Shown: positions 31,164-41,100 of the stretch, piece by piece
Numbering within the stretch: the stretch's first letter is position 1
Layout of the letters: the number at the start of each line of letters is the position of its first letter
DNA from: Candidatus Babeliales bacterium
Lineage (GTDB): Bacteria; Babelota; Babeliae; Babelales; JANWKD01
Assembly: GCA_963762115.1 (NCBI GenBank)
Contig: CAVXJH010000006.1
Coordinates: 224,001 to 288,000, forward strand
Length of the DNA: 64,000 nt
Direction: 5' to 3'
Made by a program: the position numbers and the translations under genes
The notes under the pieces: generated by a model
The model's database searches: none
Told to the model about the DNA's origin: nothing
What the model saw: the letters and a program-made list of their open reading frames with translations, nothing else

Positions 31164-32131
31164 TGATTTAACATACAAGCAAAGGCAACATCAATTGCCT
31201 TTAAAGATTCAATTACTTCGACCCAAACTATTCTCGAAAAATCATCAATTACACCCAATACAAAATATTTCTTTTTAGGTTCAGATTGTACAATTCCCTT
31301 AGGTAGGTAATGGCAATCTATATGAGCTAATGATCCTGCAAATGTTCTCACAATCTTTCTTTTTTCCTCTTGCACTAATTTAGTTAATTTAGAAACACCA
31401 TATTTTCGTAAAGTTCGATACACTGAACTTGCAGAAAAACCCTTTTTAATCAAAGGATTTTTTTTGAGGGCCGCAGCGATAACATACCTATTTAAACCTG
31501 ATTTTCGGTATTCCAAAATTTTTTTTACAAGGCTATCATCTGCAAGTGGAAGTTCCTCAAATTTAGGTTTAGGACCACGCCTTATAGGCAGTAGAAGTTC
31601 GGGAATTCCCTGGGCCGCTTTATAGCGCCCATAAAGTTTATAAAAATTCTGGAAACAGAGCTCCCTGGCTTCAAAAAATTCTCGAACAAACCTAAATTGT
31701 GGATGCTTTTTTGCCTTAACAAGCTCATATTCTTCTACATATTTTAGCATGTACTTTATTGAATTACTAACCAAAGTAGGATACGATGTATTTATACTCA
31801 CAAAAGAACTCCTGTGTTAAAATTGTTAATATTTGCGTATTCTAATTCTAACTCTGATTTACTTTTGTGGGTATTTTTTTATTCACCGAAATTATGAACT
31901 TTTACAATTGCGAGCCAACATTGTTGGCGTGGCAACCCAGCATATAAAATGCTATTAATTTTTTCCTATAAAGTGAATTAAAAAATATTTGTTAATGTAA
32001 TAATTTTTTTAGGATTTTATTAATAAGAACATTATAATCTGGATCCCCACGGCACAATGTGCCTCGGGAAGACATTTTGATTATTTTGTTATTTTGTAAA
32101 TCATTAGTTCTGGCATAATTAGTAATATTTT

Positions 32132-32815
32132 TTATCTTAATTGTGTTGTCGTGTAGTTCACATCTTTCAAATAGATTGGTAACAACTGTGTTGAGAATTC
32201 TTTTTTTTGAAGATGCGCATCAAATGTCATTTTTGCCAGTTGATGCAATGAAGCTTCTTCAATGAGAGGTTCTGGCATGTATGCTTTTGATCCAAATAAA
32301 GAGTGTATAGATTCATATGCCAGGTTGACGCCATTGCCTATGAATCGAATGGGGATGTTTTGATGGTCTTGTTGTAGTTTTTCAAGAAGATTATGTATAT
32401 TCGCACAACCATACATAGTTTCAATATTGGGTTGTTGTAGTGCATAATATACATCATTATTACACGCATTTAATAAAGCAATTGTTGTTGGCCAACGCTC
32501 ATCTTGATTTTCTTGTAACAGAGCTTCCAAGCTATTACAACCAAAGAGCGGTATTTTTGTTGCAAATGCTATACCATTCACGGTGGTGATTATGATGCGT
32601 AAGCTGGTAAATGGTCCTGGACCTTGGTTGACGCCAATAAAACTTATTTCTTGAATAGCAGTTGAATTTCTTTTTAATAATGTTTGTATAGTTGGAATTA
32701 GCGTTTTGCTGGCATCCTTTTTATCATGTATCTCATGATCAATACAATGTAATTCGTTAAAGAGACCAACTTCATAATTTTGATAGCGTGCTTGAACTAC
32801 TAAAAAAGTCTGCAT
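32132..32815 (-). CDS. tsaB: tRNA t6A biosynthesis protein TsaB
   Basis: GVNQGPGPFTSLRI and C-terminal LLPIYLK. Confidence 0.9.
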   Translation of the reverse strand: MQTFLVVQARYQNYEVGLFNELHCIDHEIHDKKDASKTLIPTIQTLLKRNSTAIQEISFIGVNQGPGPFTSLRIIITTVNGIAFATKIPLFGCNSLEALLQENQDERWPTTIALLNACNNDVYYALQQPNIETMYGCANIHNLLEKLQQDHQNIPIRFIGNGVNLAYESIHSLFGSKAYMPEPLIEEASLHQLAKMTFDAHLQKKEFSTQLLPIYLKDVNYTTTQLR

Positions 32816-32818
32816 ATA

Positions 32819-32998
32819 TTAATTTTTGTTCTTACATTTTTGTTGTTGATAAAAAATACTAAAGGCGTCGTATTCAATTGTTTTTTCTTTCTTAGCTATT
32901 ACTTTACCACAATTTAAGCATTTCCAGCCATCAAAATTTAAGAAATGATCGAAAAAAGATTGCAGCACCATGAGGCCTGAACATTTTTTACACTTCAT
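32819..32998 (-). CDS. 59-aa zinc-ribbon protein, absent from the ORF track
   Basis: MKCKKCSGLMV...GWKCLNCGK; AAAGGA SD; stop lies 3 bp before the tsaB start. Confidence 0.8.
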   Translation of the reverse strand: MKCKKCSGLMVLQSFFDHFLNFDGWKCLNCGKVIAKKEKTIEYDAFSIFYQQQKCKNKN

Positions 32999-33288
32999 AC
33001 GATCCTTTCTTCTTCCTTTTTTATCAATCTAAGCAAGCAATGGTAGTCATGTCAATAGTTATATAGATGTAATTAAAAAAATATTTTTTAGAGTAAAAAT
33101 AGGACAAGAGAGACTTCTTGTGTTATGTCAACGCTGCCTTTGCAAATAAATTGGATGGAAACTATTACTTTATTTTATTTTGGTTGGAAGGCTGTTTTAT
33201 TATTTTTTATAAATAACTTCTCTTTTGTTTTATGAGTTGTTTAGTATTGGTAAAATCAAAACAATTTTATAGAGGTAAAAAGGAAATT

Positions 33289-35421
33289 ATGAAAATAAAG
33301 AAATTAATTTTTTTATATTTTGTATTCGTAGCTAAAATTATGGCTGAATCTCATGAAGCCCGTATTGATAATTATGCCCAAGAGTCTTTGATGACTTTTT
33401 TTGAATATATATTTGATCATGAGGAAGAAAAAAATACTGAATTTTTTGATTCATTAACCAGATGTTATGATCAATTAAAAAAAGGCAATCAATCATTATG
33501 CATTGGAGATTTATTGATAGCCTCGCCATTATTGATCGCCTATTGCGATGAATATATTGTAGGTGAAAGTTATAAAAGTGTTAGTTGTGATATAGGTCCA
33601 ATCATTCTCTTGCTTAATGCTTTGAAAGCACAAATAAATCAACTTGGTCAAGATCAATTTAATTGTTGTCAACTCTTGCAATCTGATTTTCAAGAAACTT
33701 TCAGCATCTTATTTGAAGTGACTCAAAGTTTTTCTACTTTTGATGCAACCGTTGCTCTTCTGGTTGATACAATTGCAACATTAACAAATAGTATTACATC
33801 ATTTACCGGTATTCCATTGAGTATTGCAGTGTTACAAGATACTGTTGAAATGTGTTGTGATACTATTAATAGTGAATTTCAACAAACATGGACTATCCTT
33901 GGTAATACATTAAATGTGGTGAATAACTGTTGTAATTCAATTTCAAATGATTTTAATGGAACATGGACTTTTTTAAATGCAGAATTTAATCAAGTGTTTA
34001 ACATGCTTTCAACAGTAACTCTAGAAGAACTTTGTCAACCAACAGCAATCATAGCGCCCACTACTATTATATTGCCAGGTTCTTATTGTCTCGCAACTAA
34101 TATTACCGGTACCATTATTATAAATGCAAATGATGTCGTTCTTGATCTTAATAATCATACAATATTTAACGGCCAGATTATTATAAGTGGTAAAAATAAT
34201 AGTATTGTTTGCAATGGTATTTTAGATAATGCCACAACGGGTTCTTGTGCAATTTCAATAACGAACTGTTCAAATGTTATTCTTGATGCTCTCATGGTTA
34301 TAAATCCCAATGATGGTATTCAATGTGGCCAATCAACAAATATTGTTATAAAAAATTGTATTATTAGTGGTGCTCAGAAAAATGGTCTTACTATCATTAA
34401 TACTTCAACGGCATTACGCATTGAAGATTTTGAAATTATTAATACTACTTCAAATGCCATTTATATTAATGCTAATGTTCAAGATTTAACGTTACAAAAT
34501 GGGCATATAAAATTTAGTAATGGTATTCGTGCAGAAACAGGATTTTCTGCAAACAATATAAAATGCATTGATATTTTTGTAGAAGGTACCCCTATTACAC
34601 TTTTTCCTATGAATTTTTTGGGAACTTCAAGTAATTTCTTTTTTTATAATGTTCAAATAGCTGATGCCGGCCAAGGTATGCAATTTAATAATATTTCTCA
34701 AAGTTTATTTCAGAATTGTGTGGTAAAAAATATTTCAACGCCCGCATCATCTGCTGGCAGTGCATTCCGTATTGATAATGGTGTAAATAATAAATTTGAT
34801 AATTGTGTTGTGTTGTCTATGACAACAACTGGAAGCACAACTCTTGATGCTTTTAAAATGACCAATGTTAATAATCTGATTTTCAAGGAATGTTCAGTTG
34901 AAGGTATAAATGGGGTTAACGGTGTTGTAAATGGTTTTAGTAGTAATAATTCACAACGAATAACAATGCAAGATTGTGTTGTGCACAATATAACAACGAG
35001 CACACAAGCAGACGGATTTCATCTGCAGGCAACAAGTAATGTTATCATGACTGATTGTGTTGCTAATGGGTGCAGTTCAAATGGTTATTTTTCTAGTGGA
35101 GGTGCAAATATAACGGTATCAAACTGTATAGCTAATAATTGCTTGGCAGATGGATTTCATTCAGCATCTACAACAAATGTTCTCTATGAATATTGTTATA
35201 GCAACAATAATACCGGAGTTGGTTTTAATGTTGCGAATGCAATTTGTGGTAATTGTGAAAGTAGTAGAAATGTTGGTTTTGGATTTAATGGTAATTCAAG
35301 TTCGATCGCTTATAATTGTTTTGCTGGGTTAAATATTACCGGTGCCTATACGGCGATGACAGATTCTGTGCAAGCATTAGATGCTGGTTCTCCAAAGGTT
35401 GGTTATAGTATTTCGGCGTAA
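33289..35421 (+). CDS. Secreted Cys-rich coiled-coil plus right-handed beta-helix protein
   Basis: AGGA SD before ATG at 33289; CC..INSEFQQTWTIL repeats; PGSYCLATNI..VVLDLNNHTI beta-helix start. Confidence 0.85.
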   Translation: MKIKKLIFLYFVFVAKIMAESHEARIDNYAQESLMTFFEYIFDHEEEKNTEFFDSLTRCYDQLKKGNQSLCIGDLLIASPLLIAYCDEYIVGESYKSVSCDIGPIILLLNALKAQINQLGQDQFNCCQLLQSDFQETFSILFEVTQSFSTFDATVALLVDTIATLTNSITSFTGIPLSIAVLQDTVEMCCDTINSEFQQTWTILGNTLNVVNNCCNSISNDFNGTWTFLNAEFNQVFNMLSTVTLEELCQPTAIIAPTTIILPGSYCLATNITGTIIINANDVVLDLNNHTIFNGQIIISGKNNSIVCNGILDNATTGSCAISITNCSNVILDALMVINPNDGIQCGQSTNIVIKNCIISGAQKNGLTIINTSTALRIEDFEIINTTSNAIYINANVQDLTLQNGHIKFSNGIRAETGFSANNIKCIDIFVEGTPITLFPMNFLGTSSNFFFYNVQIADAGQGMQFNNISQSLFQNCVVKNISTPASSAGSAFRIDNGVNNKFDNCVVLSMTTTGSTTLDAFKMTNVNNLIFKECSVEGINGVNGVVNGFSSNNSQRITMQDCVVHNITTSTQADGFHLQATSNVIMTDCVANGCSSNGYFSSGGANITVSNCIANNCLADGFHSASTTNVLYEYCYSNNNTGVGFNVANAICGNCESSRNVGFGFNGNSSSIAYNCFAGLNITGAYTAMTDSVQALDAGSPKVGYSISA

Positions 35422-35427
35422 TTAAGT

Positions 35428-35474
35428 TTAAAGGCAACAAAAAAATTATAAAATAACTTTTTTGTTGCCTTTAA
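35428..35474. terminator. Bidirectional terminator between convergent beta-helix genes
   Basis: TTAAAGGCAACAAAAAA / TTTTTTGTTGCCTTTAA inverted repeat. Confidence 0.75.
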
Positions 35475-35484
35475 GGGTTAAAAA

Positions 35485-36762
35485 TTAATTAGCAACTATT
35501 GCAACATTAAAATATTGGCTCGTGTTTGTTAATGTTGAAAAATTATTATTGGAAGCAAAGTTAACAGGAAACTCTCCTTGAGTGAATGATACAGAATATC
35601 CTGTTGTGGTATTATTATATGATAAGTTATTAGTCATAAGATTATTGGTATTAAGTGTGGTATCAACTAATCCATATCCTTGTGAGCCGAGATTACTTGT
35701 AAAGGTGTTATTGCTAATAAGAAATCCTTGTGCTCCATCAAGAAGAACTCCATAAGCAATTCCATTGGTAAAGTTTGCAATGTTTGCTGCGCAAATATTA
35801 TTGGTAATGCCAAAATTTGAATTAGTATCTGCAAAATAAAATCCTGCAGCTAAGATGCCACCCATATTATTGGCAGTCATGCAATATTCAAAAATATTAT
35901 TGAAATTATTATGAGAATTAAATCCAATGCCACTGCCAATAGCATTTGAATTATCAAGTGCTTTGCATGATGAAAATAATGATGCTGAACATGAATTTAT
36001 TAAAAAACCACATGATGTTGCTGTTATAATCATTGAATTTGCGTTATTACCATTTGCATTACAGGCTATGAATGAACAACCGTTCGAATTCATGGCTGAT
36101 ATACCTACTCCTACTATGTTGCCCCCATTGTCATATGATTTGCAGTTATTGAATTCACAACTAGAGCATGATTCAATATATATGCCATAACCAGCATCGG
36201 CTGAATAGGTTTTATTATTACTAAAAGTGCAATTTGCTATAGTGGTATTATAGGTTGCTATCATGCGCAGTCCATATGCATTATTCATGTTAATGCCCGT
36301 ACAAGAACTGACAAGGCAATTTATAATGGATACATCATTAATTCCTGATCCGATAGGATTGCCATCTAACAATATTCCAGCTTGATTACAATTCATTATT
36401 GATAAATTTTCTAAATAAATTTGTGAACATCCGTCACTGACATAAACACCTATTCCAGTAAGATTTGTTATGGTACCAGTTCTCACCGTAACGTTAGTTA
36501 AATTAGGAGCAATAAAAACCCCATTTAATCCCGGCATAAAATTTGTTGAATTTTGGGTAAGGATAAACTCATTGATATCAAAAATAACGTTACTTGCTGT
36601 AATAGTAACAATGGTATCATTTGGGGCTTGAGGATCAGCAATAATAGACCCTCCTAAAGGGAATACTCCAGAAGAATCAATAAGGGTAACAGTGGCATTG
36701 TTTAAAAAAAATAAACTAAGCATTGCTATAAAAAATAAAAAATGTTTTTTTTGAATGTTCAT
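35485..36762 (-). CDS. Secreted right-handed beta-helix (pectin-lyase-like) protein
   Basis: Signal peptide; Asn/Cys-rich G-[FI]...C....N repeats; paralog of 36845. Confidence 0.85.
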   Translation of the reverse strand: MNIQKKHFLFFIAMLSLFFLNNATVTLIDSSGVFPLGGSIIADPQAPNDTIVTITASNVIFDINEFILTQNSTNFMPGLNGVFIAPNLTNVTVRTGTITNLTGIGVYVSDGCSQIYLENLSIMNCNQAGILLDGNPIGSGINDVSIINCLVSSCTGINMNNAYGLRMIATYNTTIANCTFSNNKTYSADAGYGIYIESCSSCEFNNCKSYDNGGNIVGVGISAMNSNGCSFIACNANGNNANSMIITATSCGFLINSCSASLFSSCKALDNSNAIGSGIGFNSHNNFNNIFEYCMTANNMGGILAAGFYFADTNSNFGITNNICAANIANFTNGIAYGVLLDGAQGFLISNNTFTSNLGSQGYGLVDTTLNTNNLMTNNLSYNNTTTGYSVSFTQGEFPVNFASNNNFSTLTNTSQYFNVAIVAN

Positions 36763-36777
36763 ATTTTTTCCTTCTTT

Positions 36778-36815
36778 AAAAAAAGAATCGCAACAATGGT
36801 GCGATTCTTTTTTTT
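36778..36815 (-). terminator. Intrinsic terminator between the 36845 and 35485 genes
   Basis: AAAAAAAGAATCGCA-N7-TGCGATTCTTTTTTT. Confidence 0.75.
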
Positions 36816-36844
36816 GATAGTGATCATCTAAGAAAATATAGTTG

Positions 36845-38098
36845 TTATGATGTAAAATTTATGTTTGTATATTGATTTACTGTTGTTGGAAAGTCATAAA
36901 CAAAAGAAGTAACAACAGGAAATGTGCCGGTAACACGGGTAACTTGATAACCAGTTGTTGTGTTGCTAAATGAAATAGTGCCGGCAATCAAATTGGTGGT
37001 ATCAATTACTGTATCAGTCAATCCTACACCTACTAATCCAGTATTATTCGATATATTATTGTATAAAATATCGCAATTTTGTGCTGTATCAAGTAAAATA
37101 CCATACCCAGTTCCCGATGCACCACCATTATTGACACTGCTTTGGCATTTTATTAATGATGAAGAAGATTCATTATTATTTAATAAGAATCCTGCTGCAA
37201 TTGTGCCACCAATATTTTGATTTGACTCACAGATATTAAATATATTGTCGAATCCGTTGGTTGCTTGAAAGCCATATCCTTGTGCAAGAACATTATTATT
37301 ATGTTTGCTGATACAGTTATTAATTGTTGTGTGGCTGCTTGTATCAATTAAAAATCCTATTGCACGGGCAGTGCTACTTGATCTGCTGATATTATTAAGA
37401 GCAATACAATTTTCAATAATAGACCATTGTGAATTATAAATATTTATACCGACGCCTAAAGTGTTACCGCCATTGGCATTTATTTCACAATTGGTAAATC
37501 GACAAGTTGTGCACCATTCAGTACTTATACCATAGCCACTATTAGCTGTTCCTGCATCATTTCTATCAAAAGTACTATTTTGAATATCAAAATTATCACA
37601 ATAAATTAGTCGTAATCCATAAGCGGGATCACCATTTGCGCCTGTGCATGAATAAATTAAGCAATTATTTATTGAACCATCCTGAATAATGCTTGCTATG
37701 TTGCCATTAAAAAGGATTCCTGTTGCATTACAACCGATGACATTTATATTTTCAAGAGTAATATTGGTGCATCCCGCTCCTACGATAATTCCTAGGCCTG
37801 TCATTCCTTGAATTGTACCATTTCTAATAGTGATATTCGATAATCCAGGACTTACAGTAATGCCGGTAAAACCGGGAATTGGATCACTTGGGTCTTGTAA
37901 AATATTAAAGCCTCCAAAATCAAGAATTACATCACCTGATTGTATACAATATCCTGAATCATCTGGATCAGTTGGATCAAAAAGAACATCGCCACCAGGT
38001 GAGATCATTCCTGGAGAGTTAATAATAGTGCAAATTGATGTAGTGTTTATATAGTTCATTATTAGTAATAATGGTATAAGTAATATAGTTTTTTTCAT
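36845..38098 (-). CDS. Secreted right-handed beta-helix protein
   Basis: AAGGAG SD before ATG at 38098; VILDFGGFNI, ITIRNGTI and Cys/Asn ladder. Confidence 0.85.
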   Translation of the reverse strand: MKKTILLIPLLLIMNYINTTSICTIINSPGMISPGGDVLFDPTDPDDSGYCIQSGDVILDFGGFNILQDPSDPIPGFTGITVSPGLSNITIRNGTIQGMTGLGIIVGAGCTNITLENINVIGCNATGILFNGNIASIIQDGSINNCLIYSCTGANGDPAYGLRLIYCDNFDIQNSTFDRNDAGTANSGYGISTEWCTTCRFTNCEINANGGNTLGVGINIYNSQWSIIENCIALNNISRSSSTARAIGFLIDTSSHTTINNCISKHNNNVLAQGYGFQATNGFDNIFNICESNQNIGGTIAAGFLLNNNESSSSLIKCQSSVNNGGASGTGYGILLDTAQNCDILYNNISNNTGLVGVGLTDTVIDTTNLIAGTISFSNTTTGYQVTRVTGTFPVVTSFVYDFPTTVNQYTNINFTS

Positions 38099-38139
38099 TA
38101 TTCTCCTTAAAATTAAGATGATCACTATCATTTTTATTT

Positions 38140-41100
38140 TTAACTTCCTGCTGCTATATTGGTCCATGCTCCTGTTACAGCAGCTATATTTGAACTTGCC
38201 GGCGCTGTTGGCGTTGTAACAGAGCCTCCTGGTACGCCGGACATTTGATTTGCCGGTGTTGATCCATTACTCCAAGCAATATTTTTAGTAAATAAATTAT
38301 TCGATCCCGTGTTAACAAGAACACCAAAGGAGTTAGCAGCGCTTACTCCTATGTTATTGCTAAAGTTACATTCTTTAATTTCACAACGGAACCCACCACC
38401 AGGAGATACAAGGTTTAATCCGGCTGCAAGGCCACCTGCTCCAGTTGCGCTGTTATTTGCCGATACGCATCGCAATATTAAACAGGTACTGGTACCATTA
38501 AGAGCAAACCCTAAACAGGTAGTTGGGCCGGAATTAGCACTTGAAATACAATCGATAAACATATTATTGAAGTTGGTAGAGGTTGTTCCGGAAACATTAA
38601 ATCCATTACATATTCCACTTGTTACTCCGCCGGCATTCCAACTAACAATGCATCCCATAAACATATTATTGGTTGATGCTCCCTGAATTAAAAATCCGTT
38701 TAACGTTGCGGCATTAGGAGCATTATTTTGTAGAACTTTACAACTATTGAACATATTATTTGTGCAAGCATTTATATTGATACCACTTAAAACTGTCCCT
38801 GATGTATTGGTGCCTGAATTTCCCTCTATAATGCAATTGGAGAACATATTAAGGCTGGACGTTGTAATAAGTTGTATGCCATTGAGTGTTAAACCAATAT
38901 TATCGTATATGTTTATATCTCTAAATGTACATTCTGTGGAGCTATTTAAGTTGAGTACTGAAATTGCGTTGGTGTTGACGCCATTATTTTTAATATTGCA
39001 ACTATAGACACTACAATCGTGGCATTGAAGCAGATATACGGGGAAGTCGGCATTAACTCCTTGAGAGCAATATAATATATTACAGTTAGCGATTTCGGAA
39101 TTTAGTATTTGCCCAGCTCCTGCAGTACCGAGTAATTCTATTGCTCGCGTTGCACAAAATAAAATATCAATATTTTGAATGCTAATTCTATTACAGCCAA
39201 ATTGTATTGATACGCCTGCTCTTGTGAAGCTTTCAATCATACCATTTTTTATGGTTATATCGGTTAGCCCATTGTTAACACCTATTCCATTAACATTTGC
39301 TGTTGTATTTCCTTGGCTGATGGTGAAACATTGTAAGTCTAAAACAACGCCGGTTGTGGTAATAAGAATTGCTGTGCTGGTTGCAAGTGGACTAAAGACA
39401 ATATTGCTACCAAGTTTGTAGACGCCAGATGTTGAAATAACATAGGTAGTTCCTCCCGCTGCACCAAAATTAGCTTGTGTAATCATAGTTGGATTACATA
39501 AATTTTGCGTTATTACATTTAACACGCTGAAGGTTCCATTGAACCCAGCTGCTTCAATAGTCCACGTTTGTTGAAATTCATTATTAATGTTATTGCAGCA
39601 TGCATTAAGTGCTGAGAAGGTACCCTGATTGTTTATGCTAAGTGCGTTTAGCGCGGAGAAAGTGCCGTTAAAGCCTGCACCTAATATTGTCCATGTTTGA
39701 TTGAAATCAGTTGAGAGTGTTGCTTTTAGATCAGTAATCACACTATAAGAGAATGCATTTGTAGTGAGTGAACTGAAAGTTCCATTAAAACCTGCACCTA
39801 ATATTGTCCAGGTCTGAGCGAAATCATTCGTCATAGTATTTTTTAGATCGCTGATCACACTATATGAAAATGCATTTGCAGTTAATGAGCTGAAGGTGCC
39901 ATTGAAACCGGCAGCTAAGATTGACCATGTTTGTTGGAACTCAGAATTAATATTTGTGCAGCAGGCGTTTAATGCACTGAATGTTCCATTAAATCCTGCT
40001 CCTAAGATAGTCCACGTCTGAGCAAAATCATTCGTCATAGTATTTTTTAAATCACTGATCACACTGTAAGAAAAGTTACTTGCTGTGAGTAAACTAAATG
40101 TGCCGTTGAAACCAGCAGCTAGAATTGACCATGTTTGTTGGAACTCACTATTAATGTTTATGCAGCAGGCATTCAATGCTGAGAATGTTCCATTAAATCC
40201 TGCTCCTAAGATAGTCCACGTCTGAGCGAAATCATTAGTAATTGTATTTTTTAGATCAGCAATTGCTGAGAAAGTTCCATTTGCTTCGGTATTAATATTG
40301 TTAATTGCAGAGAAAGTACCATTAAATCCAGCACCAAGAATTGACCAGGTTTGCTGAAACTCAGAATTAATATTGGTGCAGCAGACATTCAATGCTGAGA
40401 ATGTTCCATTAAATCCTGCTCCTAAGATTGTCCATGTCTGAGCGAAATCATTGGTCATTGTATTTTTTAGATCACTGATCACACTGTAAGAGAAATTATT
40501 TGAAGTTATTGAACTAAACGTGCCATTAAATCCTGCACCTAAGATTGACCATGTTTGTTGGAATTCAGAATTTATGTTTGTGCAACATGCATTGAGTGCA
40601 CTAAAGGTGCCATTGAATCCTGCACCTAAGATTGTCCACGTCTGAGCAAAATCATTCGTTATAGTATTTTTTAGATCGCTGATCACGCTATAAGAGAAGT
40701 TACTTGCTGTAAGTAAACTAAATGTTCCATTGAAACCAGCGCCTAGAATTGTCCACGTTTGTTGGAATTCAGAATTGATGTTGGTGCAACATGCATCAAG
40801 TGCACTGAAGGTGCCGTTGAATCCTGCTCCTAAGATTGTCCAGGTCTGAGCAAAATCATTCGTTATCGTATTTTTCAGATCAGCAATAACGCTATAAGAG
40901 AAATTATTTGAAGTTATTGAACTAAACGTGCCATTAAATCCTGCACCTAAGATTGACCATGTTTGTTGGAATTCAGAATTGATGTTAGTGCAACATACAT
41001 CAAGTGCACTGAAAGTTCCATTAAATCCTGCAGCAACTGCTGAGAAAGTACCTGATAAATCAGCATCTAATTCTGCAATTGCACTGAATGTGCCATTGAA

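Larger units (their letters stand above)
29967..31177 (-). mobile_element. IS110-family (IS621-like) bridge-recombinase element
   Basis: No long TIRs; CT core at both junctions (31179-31178 and 29968-29967); 222-bp left end and 45-bp right end. Confidence 0.93.
29595..31801 (-). pseudogene. IS481-family DDE transposase split by IS110 (31801-31178 joined to 29966-29595 gives 331 aa in frame)
   Basis: AHID...VIDDFSR in the 5' part; LTDNGAEF, PQTNGKIERF and HNEHRPH in the 3' part; junction reads AFA-MMD. Confidence 0.93.
29517..31906 (-). mobile_element. IS481-family insertion sequence, interrupted by IS110
   Basis: Terminal IRs TGTATGTGTTCAGAGTTTCGGTGAATA and TGTAAAAGTTCATAATTTCGGTGAATA (22/27 identical); 5-bp flanking direct repeat ATTGC at 29512-29516 and 31907-31911. 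Confidence 0.92.
29508..32074. repeat. REP/RPE-like palindromic element split by the IS481 insertion (arms 29508-29516 plus 31912-31940, and 32039-32074)
   Basis: Restored left arm TGTCATTGCGAG-CCAACATTGTTGG-CGTGGCAACCCAG is inverted relative to CTGGATCCCCACG-GCACAATGTGC-CTCGGGAAGACA; same layout as 53075-53173. Confidence 0.75.

Noticed and set aside
29595..31801. ORFs 29595-30011 and 31136-31801 as separate genes
   Set aside because: They are two halves of one IS481 transposase; their extra termini are read from the IS110 ends.
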